Part shown: positions 55,745 to 64,000 of the stretch, in pieces
Position numbering within the stretch: position 1 is the stretch's first letter
How the letters are laid out: the number at the start of each line of letters is the position of its first letter
Assembly: GCA_038061995.1 (NCBI GenBank)
Contig: JBBTYA010000001.1
Location: 10,441-74,440 of the forward strand
Source: Patescibacteria group bacterium
GTDB taxonomy: Bacteria; Patescibacteriota; Minisyncoccia; 2-02-FULL-40-12; GWA2-44-9
Reading direction: 5' to 3'
Length of the DNA: 64,000 bases
Notes under the pieces: generated by a model
What the model was told of the DNA's origin: nothing
The model's input: only the letters and a program-made list of their open reading frames with translations
Databases searched by the model: none
Position numbers and translations under genes: made by a program

Positions 55745-55828
55745 GCCTGCGTGGTTCCTGGGCCCTTGTTTAGGGCCCGCCCATTCCTCCACGCATTCGG
55801 AATGGGCCCACTCGGCCAACCCTCCAAT
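55745..55828. repeat. Partial duplicate of the tRNA-Ser 5' end (20 nt, cactcggccaaccctccaat) and of its upstream flank, plus two GC hairpins
   Basis: 55809-55828 duplicates 55715-55734. ccaataaaactg is also repeated at 55731-55742 and 55848-55859. Confidence 0.4.
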
Positions 55829-55879
55829 CAACAACTCTCCAATAAAACTGATGGATTCTAGCAATAAAAACGCCGTTCT

Positions 55880-56803
55880 TCAAGCAGTTTCGCGAGGGTA
55901 ATCCATGCCCCGCAATGCGCGAACACGGTCAGCAACGGGAGGATGCGTCATGAAAAGTTTCGTAAACCATGAGAGCGCGTCCTTACCCTTAAATGGGTTT
56001 GCGAGAAAGAGGTGTGCTGTTGCGTTGTGTGCGTTAGGCATAGGCGCGCTGTCAGCGCCTATTTTTTCTAGCGCGCTCGCAAGGCCCTCGGGATAGCGCG
56101 TGAGAAGTGCTCCCGATGCATCGGCGAGATACTCACGCTTGCGAGAAACAGCTAAACGAATAAGGGTTGCGGCAATAGGCGCAAGAATCGCGGCAATGAG
56201 CGCGACAACGAGCAACACAGCGCCACCCTGCTTATTATTATCCGAAGAGCGCCCGTGTAAACCAGCGCGCAATCCAATGTCAGCGAGAATAGAGATAACG
56301 CCCGCAAGTACAACCGCAACGGTTCCTACTAACATATCTCGATTTCCAATGTGTGACAGCTCATGCGCAAGCACTCCCTCAAGCTCGTTATCATCGAGCT
56401 TCTCGAGCGCACCACGCGTTACCGCAACTGCCGCCTTTTGCGGATTACGTCCCGTGGCAAAAGCGTTAATCTGTGCGCCCGGGATGATATAAAGCCGAGG
56501 CATCGGCAAACCTGCAGTGATAGAAAGATTCTCTACCATGCGATGCAGGCGTACGTTCTCTTCACGCGACACTGGGCGCGCGCCCGACATACGCAACGCA
56601 ATGCGATCTGAAAACCAGAACGCAATAATATTACTCCCCGTACTAAAGAGCACGGCAACGTAGAGAATCTCTGGCGCTTGGAACGCTTGGCTAAAGAGAA
56701 AGCCGATACCGATCACAAACACGAGGAAGCCCGACATGAGCATCCACGTCGTGCGAATGTTGCCGTCACGATGTTCGTACAGCGTTTGTGCCATAGGTAT
56801 CAC
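55880..56803 (-). CDS. htpX: Protease HtpX (M48 zinc metalloprotease)
   Basis: HELSHIGNRDM HExxH motif and N-terminal TM helices. Confidence 0.85.
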   Translation of the reverse strand: MIPMAQTLYEHRDGNIRTTWMLMSGFLVFVIGIGFLFSQAFQAPEILYVAVLFSTGSNIIAFWFSDRIALRMSGARPVSREENVRLHRMVENLSITAGLPMPRLYIIPGAQINAFATGRNPQKAAVAVTRGALEKLDDNELEGVLAHELSHIGNRDMLVGTVAVVLAGVISILADIGLRAGLHGRSSDNNKQGGAVLLVVALIAAILAPIAATLIRLAVSRKREYLADASGALLTRYPEGLASALEKIGADSAPMPNAHNATAHLFLANPFKGKDALSWFTKLFMTHPPVADRVRALRGMDYPRETA

Positions 56804-57348
56804 TAGAATGCTACCTTCACGTTCTCACGCTGAGCTGCGTCTTCGATTTCGAAGAATTCTTCCTTCTTGAAGCTAAACAGGTTCGCAATGATGTTCGAGG
56901 GGAATTGCTCCACTTTTGTGTTGAGCGACATCACTGTTGAGTTGTAGAAACGACGTGCGGCCTGGATCTTATCTTCTGTATCAGTGAGTTCGTCCTGCAA
57001 TTTCGTGAATGACTCAACTGCGCGAAGCTGCGGATATGCTTCGGAGAGTGCAAAGAGTGATTTCAATGCTCCAGAGAGTTGGTTCTCAGCCGCACCATGC
57101 TCAGCAACACTTTTTGCCTGCATTGCCTGCGAGCGCGCTTGAATAACGCGGTCTAGCGTTCCTTGCTCATGCGCTGCGTATCCCTTCACCGTTTCTACAA
57201 GGTTAGGAATGAGGTCGTAGCGACGCTTGAGTTGTACATCAATATCAGACCACGCCTCTTTCACGCGATTACGAAGCGTGACAAAACCGTTATAGGAGAG
57301 GGCAAACCATACTGCGATGACTACGAGAATAATAATAGGCCACATCAT
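56803..57348 (-). CDS. lemA: LemA-family protein
   Basis: N-terminal TM helix and the LemA signature NGFVTLRNRVKEAWSDIDVQLKRRYDLIPNLV. Confidence 0.8.
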   Translation of the reverse strand: MMWPIIILVVIAVWFALSYNGFVTLRNRVKEAWSDIDVQLKRRYDLIPNLVETVKGYAAHEQGTLDRVIQARSQAMQAKSVAEHGAAENQLSGALKSLFALSEAYPQLRAVESFTKLQDELTDTEDKIQAARRFYNSTVMSLNTKVEQFPSNIIANLFSFKKEEFFEIEDAAQRENVKVAF

Positions 57349-57419
57349 TGCTCAAATGCGCTCTGTCACAAAGCGTGTTATGCGCTCACAGTATAGCAAC
57401 CACGTGCTACAACGCAAGC

Positions 57420-57456
57420 AATCAAAAGGGAGCCATGTGGCTCCCTTTTGATTGCT
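57420..57456 (-). terminator. Rho-independent terminator after groEL
   Basis: Stem caatcaaaagggagcc atg tggctcccttttgattg. Confidence 0.5.
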
Positions 57457-57469
57457 TCACCTAACGTTC

Positions 57470-59402
<1,933 letters not shown>

Positions 59403-59469
59403 AGTCGCAGAAACGACGGCGGGCGGTACGGTGCGCGGCTCTCCCCGCACAATGCCGCCAGCCATTGAA

Positions 59470-59496
59470 TTAGCAGTTGCACTACGAGAGTGCTAA
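59470..59496. promoter_or_regulatory. CIRCE operator (HrcA binding site) upstream of groES
   Basis: TTAGCAgTt-N9-GAGTGCTAA against the consensus TTAGCACTC-N9-GAGTGCTAA. It sits directly downstream of a TTGACA, 17 nt, TAGAAT promoter at 59504-59532 (minus strand). Confidence 0.7.
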
Positions 59497-59528
59497 CGAG
59501 AGCATTCTAGGCAAGACGCGAGAGAGTG

Positions 59529-60479
59529 TCAAGCGATCTCGCATGCGTCTGACCCAAGACCAGAATCTGGAGCGCGCACTACTATCCCCGCCGAATCACA
59601 AAACGCTTCGTAGCGCTTGAGAATGGCGCCTTCTTGTGAGCGCGGGTGGAATTCTAATACACGATGAGTCGCCTGGATTCTTCCCCGCCCTACCGTTGCT
59701 ACGCCGCGAGCAATGCGGCCCACTTGAATGCGTTGCGCAAAAGGTTCTGCAAAGAAAAGAGCAAGCTCGAAGAAACGCTTTACCCACACCGAAAGGCGAG
59801 ATACGCGCACGACTCGCTGTGGTGAATGGGGCGCACGATACGCTAGATACTTCCCCATCCATGCCTGATGGTGTATCCATTGCTGTGCATAGGCAGCACC
59901 ATACACGGGCACCATGTGCGCGTAGACCCACGCAGTGTAGATACTCTGATGGCGCAGCGCGCTCCCATCATCAACAATCCAGTGGTTCATGCATAGCTTG
60001 TCTGGCGCGCGCACATCGTGCGCCGCTCGCCGAACGCCCGATAGCGATGTAAGCACTAGCGCACAGAAGCGCGCAGAAAATATGTGTCCGGGCATTACTA
60101 AGCACACCACATCAACGTCGCCATCTGCGTCACTTGCGTCATAAGCGAGCGAACCACTCACCCACACTACACGGATCCACGGCACCCACGCCAGCACTTG
60201 CAGGGCGCGCAATGCATGCAACCACTTTACCCGAGTAAGCGCCGCGCGTGATTCGTACTCTTCGATAAGCGCCCGAGTTTCAGGTCTGATACCAAAGCGC
60301 CCATGCCATGAGGAGATCACACCGCGGGCAGCAAGGTTCTCAACTCCAAGCACCACAGCATCAAGAGAGCGGGGACACTGTACGCGTTCTGCAATGCCAC
60401 TAAGAGTAAGTGGAAAACCCACACTCTGCCCATAGGCAATAGCGCGAAGAATATCCTCTTCGAGGGACGGAAATGCCAT
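59529..60479 (-). CDS. Nucleotidyltransferase-fold (Pol-beta superfamily) domain protein
   Basis: GSLAYDASDADGDVDVVCLV, a GS...D.D motif. The start is uncertain: the track gives 60521. Confidence 0.4.
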   Translation of the reverse strand: MAFPSLEEDILRAIAYGQSVGFPLTLSGIAERVQCPRSLDAVVLGVENLAARGVISSWHGRFGIRPETRALIEEYESRAALTRVKWLHALRALQVLAWVPWIRVVWVSGSLAYDASDADGDVDVVCLVMPGHIFSARFCALVLTSLSGVRRAAHDVRAPDKLCMNHWIVDDGSALRHQSIYTAWVYAHMVPVYGAAYAQQWIHHQAWMGKYLAYRAPHSPQRVVRVSRLSVWVKRFFELALFFAEPFAQRIQVGRIARGVATVGRGRIQATHRVLEFHPRSQEGAILKRYEAFCDSAGIVVRAPDSGLGSDACEIA

Positions 60480-60564
60480 GCCTCCAGCATACCGTACCCA
60501 TTCATTTTCGCCATGCCCCAAGGATTGATTTTCTTAAAAAAGACGGTATAATAATCACCTTCGT

Positions 60565-61842
60565 ATGACACCGGCCCAGCTCACGACACTCATTCGCACC
60601 GCACCTCGCACCCCGGGTGTCTATCGCTTTTTGCACGGGAAAAAACCGCTCTATATAGGAAAGGCCACGCAACTACGCTCACGTCTTGCGTCATATGCCC
60701 GCGCCGGCGACCCACGCATTGCGTATATGGTCTCACAAGCAACAAAAGTAACATGGGAAGAACTCCAATCACCCATTGAAGCGCTCATTGAGGAAGCGCG
60801 ACTCATTAAAAAACTGAAGCCCCACTACAACATCGTTATGCGCGATGATAAGCAGTACCTTTTTGTTGAAATAACTGAGGAGGCATTCCCGCGCATCATC
60901 GTTACTCATCAGCCATCTCGCGCAGATGCCCTTGGACCGTTCACTGATTCTGGCGCGCTGAAACAGACACTCCGTATCTTGCGCACTCTTTTCCCGTACT
61001 GCACCTGCACACAAAAACACTACGTGCGCTGTCTCAACGCGCATATTGGCAAATGCCTTGGTGTTTGTTGCTTGAGAGAAACGGACGGAGTCGATACAAA
61101 GCCATACCGACGCAACATCCAGTCGATCGTAGGCATCTTGAGCGGTAAACGCACATCAGTACTCGCTACGCTCACCCGCACCATGAAACGCGCTGCGAAA
61201 GCAGGCGCGCTTGAAGACGCCCTCGCACTACAGAAAACGATTGATCACATGGAGCGCATCTTTGCGCATGCCCAGATTCATGCGCGCCTTCAACCCGTAG
61301 CACACAGCGACGCCCTCGCCGCACTACAGAAAACGCTCAGACTCCCCAAGCCACCAGTACGCATTGAGGGCTACGACATCGCACACATGCAGGGGGCCTA
61401 TGCGACTGGCTCATTGGTCGTATTTAAAGAAGGCGCACCGTGTAAGAACGCCTACCGTAAATTCCGCATCCATGCGAGCGGAAAGCCCGACGATACCGCG
61501 ATGCTCACCGAAGTACTCACCCGGCGCCTCGCCCATCGCCCCGGCGTGGCGCGCGGAGCAAACGCGTGGGAACTTCCGGATTGCATCGTTGTTGACGGAG
61601 GCAAGGCGCAGTATAACGCCGTGCGCGCAGTGCTTGAAAAGCAAGGGCTTACGATCCCCGTTATCGCTTTCACAAAAGATGAGCGGCATGTGGGTAGCCA
61701 CCTCACCACATCGCGAGGCGTCCTCCCTCTCCCCACACTCCCTCGCGACGTACAAACGCTGGTAAGCCACATAGATAATGAAGCCCACCGGTTCGCTATT
61801 CAGTATTATCGGAGCCTTCACCTCAAGGGGCAGCGTGGTTGA
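60565..61842 (+). CDS. uvrC: UvrC-like excinuclease (GIY-YIG N-terminal domain), shorter than canonical UvrC
   Basis: GIY-YIG GVYRFLHGKKPLYIGKATQLRSRLASY, the UvrC Cys-rich region, and a central domain. No obvious C-terminal HhH was found in 425 aa. Confidence 0.55.
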   Translation: MTPAQLTTLIRTAPRTPGVYRFLHGKKPLYIGKATQLRSRLASYARAGDPRIAYMVSQATKVTWEELQSPIEALIEEARLIKKLKPHYNIVMRDDKQYLFVEITEEAFPRIIVTHQPSRADALGPFTDSGALKQTLRILRTLFPYCTCTQKHYVRCLNAHIGKCLGVCCLRETDGVDTKPYRRNIQSIVGILSGKRTSVLATLTRTMKRAAKAGALEDALALQKTIDHMERIFAHAQIHARLQPVAHSDALAALQKTLRLPKPPVRIEGYDIAHMQGAYATGSLVVFKEGAPCKNAYRKFRIHASGKPDDTAMLTEVLTRRLAHRPGVARGANAWELPDCIVVDGGKAQYNAVRAVLEKQGLTIPVIAFTKDERHVGSHLTTSRGVLPLPTLPRDVQTLVSHIDNEAHRFAIQYYRSLHLKGQRG

Positions 61843-61878
61843 AGCACGACAGGGAATGTGCTAGGATAGCCACTGCTT

Positions 61879-62229
61879 ATGATCATTCGCTTTGCAACGC
61901 GAACGGTAGTAAATGCGCTCGGCCTCTACGTGGCAGCCCTCTTTATTCCGGGCTTTTCCATCTCGGCAAGCGCGTCGATCTACCTCCTTGCAGGCGCAGT
62001 GCTTACCATCCTCCACGGAGTGATTAGGCCGATCATGACGTTCATTTCATTTCCCCTCATCATTGTCACGTTTGGGCTTTTTAGTATCATTATCAACGCC
62101 CTTCTCCTTGGCATTGTCGATTGGAAGTTCGCCGCTATCGAAAGCACAAGCGCGTGGTCACTCATTGGCGCGACTCTCATCGTCTCGCTCGTAAATCTCG
62201 CACTTGCACGTATGGAACGCACCGTCTAA
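61879..62229 (+). CDS. Small membrane protein (DUF360 / phage-holin-4-like, 4 TM helices)
   Basis: Four hydrophobic helices with a GVIRPIM...IIINALLLGIVDW pattern. Confidence 0.45.
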   Translation: MIIRFATRTVVNALGLYVAALFIPGFSISASASIYLLAGAVLTILHGVIRPIMTFISFPLIIVTFGLFSIIINALLLGIVDWKFAAIESTSAWSLIGATLIVSLVNLALARMERTV

Positions 62230-62242
62230 TATCTCACTACCT

Positions 62243-62461
62243 ATGGAAACCATTCTCTCCTACGCACATATTGCAGTATCAGTCCTCCTGGTCATTGGCA
62301 TCCTCATGCAGCAACGCGGAGGCGGCCTTTCTTCCGTCATGGGGGCTGGCGCTATGGAATACGCTACAAAGCGTGGCGCAGAGCACACTATCTATATCGC
62401 CACCATTGTGTTTGCCGTTCTCTTCGTCGGAATCTCGATCGCACGCATTGCGCTGAGCTAA
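62243..62461 (+). CDS. secG: Preprotein translocase subunit SecG
   Basis: METILSYAHIAVSVLLVIGILMQQRGGGLSSVMG signature. The internal ATG at 62243 was used. Confidence 0.75.
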   Translation: METILSYAHIAVSVLLVIGILMQQRGGGLSSVMGAGAMEYATKRGAEHTIYIATIVFAVLFVGISIARIALS

Positions 62462-62479
62462 GCGCGACGTGCTTTTCGC

Positions 62480-63990
62480 ATGCCACATAACGAACACCAG
62501 TTAGACGACTTCTTTTCCGCGCCTGCACCACAGACGGCGGGAGCTCCCTCTGAGCGCGAAGGCGATCCTGTCGCGGCACGCATTTTCTGGCGCCAACGAT
62601 TCCGTCTTCTTCCAAAAGTCCTCTCATTCCGCGAACGCTACAGCATCGCAGCTCTCGCACTTGTTGTTATCGCAAGTATCGCACTCATTCCCGTCGCACT
62701 GTGGCGATCTTCTACAGTTGTTGGCGCCGACACCGGCGGTTCATTTACTGAAGGCATTCTCGGCGAGCCTCGTTTTATTAACCCCGTACTTTCGTATGCG
62801 AATGAAGTAGATCGCGATCTTGAAACGCTTCTCTTTTCGGGGCTTCTCTCTTTTGATACCCAAGGAAACCTCATCCCCGATCTCGCGAAAACATTCCCAG
62901 AGATTTCAAGTGACGGGCTGAACTATACCGTCTACTTAAAAGAACACGCGCTCTGGCACGACGGTAAACCCGTTACCGCAGATGACGTCTTATTCACTAT
63001 TGAAACGATCCAAAACCCTGATTTTGGAAGCCCGTTACGCATCGCGTGGCAGGGAGTTACCGTTGAAAAAGTAAATGAATTCGCGGTGATGTTTAAGCTG
63101 AAAACAGCATACGCACAATTCCCCAACACGCTTACTGTTGGTCTTATCCCAAAGCACATCTGGCAAGACATTCGGCCCGCATCATTTGCGCTTCATGATC
63201 TCAATACACGCCCTGTCGGCGCTGGGCCCTATCGCTTTGAGAAACTTGAGAAAGATAGCGTGGGGCGCATCTCGTCATACACGGTACGTGCATTTGAAGA
63301 CTTTCATGCGGGTCGCCCTTATATCGATCGCGTGACAATACAATTCTTCCAAAGTGAAGATGCGCTCATCGACGCATTCAAACGTCGCCAGATCGATAGC
63401 ATCGCCGGAATTTCTCCAAAAGCCCAGAAGGAGATCGGGTCACCACGACGCATCACCTATGCCGACACAAGCATCCCTCGTTACTTTGCAGTTTTCTTTA
63501 ACCAGAGCCGTAGCGCGCTCATTGCCGACAGAAATGTGCGCCTTGCGCTTTCACATGCAACCGATCGCGATGCGCTTATCACCGATGTCCTGCATGGCAA
63601 AGGCGTATCCGTTGATCGCCCGTTTGTTGAAAGTGTTCTTTCTATTCCAGACGACGTTGCCGCTCCAGCATTTGATCCAGAAAAAGCGAAAGCAGTACTC
63701 ACCGCCGATGGATGGGCGCTCGGAAATGATGGCATCTTTGCAAAGCGCGGCACGCGGCTATCTCTTACGCTCACCACCAGCACGCAGCCGGAGCTTGCTG
63801 ACGTAGCGCAACGCATCGCGACACAGTGGCGCACTGCGGGGGTAGAACTTACCGTTTCTTCGCTCTCGTTTGTTCAGTTGCAACAAGCTATTAAGGATCG
63901 TTCCTATGACATGCTTCTCTTTGGAGTGGTAATGAGTTTGGATCCCGATCCATTCCCAGTCTGGCACTCATCGCAAAAGCGTGAGCCGGG
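62480..63990 (+). CDS. ABC transporter substrate-binding protein, family 5 (peptide/nickel, OppA/DppA-like); C-terminally truncated by the window end
   Basis: N-terminal TM/signal anchor and SBP_bac_5 motifs (GGSFTEGILGEPRFINP, YTVYLKEHALWHDGKPVTADDVLFT). The ORF is open to position 63990 and is absent from the track because it runs off the end. Confidence 0.7.
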
Positions 63991-64000
63991 CGCAAATATC

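Noticed and set aside
59466-59500. The palindrome upstream of groES was considered as a novel operator
   Set aside because: It matches the well-known CIRCE/HrcA consensus. This is expected heat-shock regulation and is recorded as a feature rather than a novelty.

Overview
This window is a gene-dense bacterial chromosome segment with an estimated ~55-58% GC. Most genes lie on the minus strand. The gene set is consistent with a small-genome, possibly Patescibacteria/CPR-like organism, but that is only an inference. It holds housekeeping translation loci: tRNA-Trp / rpmG / tRNA-Thr / tRNA-Tyr / tRNA-Thr; tsf-rpsB; rpmE followed by a short RF1; rplY; rpmH; typA; the dnaG-rpoD operon; and groES-groEL behind a CIRCE operator. 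It also holds central-metabolism and redox genes (fba, PfkB-family kinase, rpe, rpiB, trxB, glutaredoxin, sodA, gpsA), queuosine genes (tgt, queA) and a MacAB-like ABC efflux module with a HlyD adaptor and VKOR. A cell-surface cluster combines a cohesin-like anchor protein, a dockerin protein and a 2153-aa Ig/Fn3-repeat giant protein. A CsoR / HMA-DsbD metal module is also present.

The most notable observations are:
- A structured repeat family in four intergenic copies, each with copy-specific inverted-repeat arms, a conserved core and a hairpin showing compensatory changes.
- A tRNA-Asn(GTT) interrupted by a ~204-nt group I intron, abutted by an HNH endonuclease gene and an AT-rich four-gene island.
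- Several compact units built from a sigma70-like promoter, a strong Shine-Dalgarno sequence, a small hairpin-rich ORF and a terminator, found in a 1.35-kb GC-rich gene-free stretch, upstream of csoR and upstream of a TPR membrane gene.
- A ~320-nt promoter-to-terminator candidate ncRNA.
- A release factor 1 that lacks domain 1.

All calls are made from reading the sequence alone. Start codons are often uncertain because the ORF track uses alternative starts.
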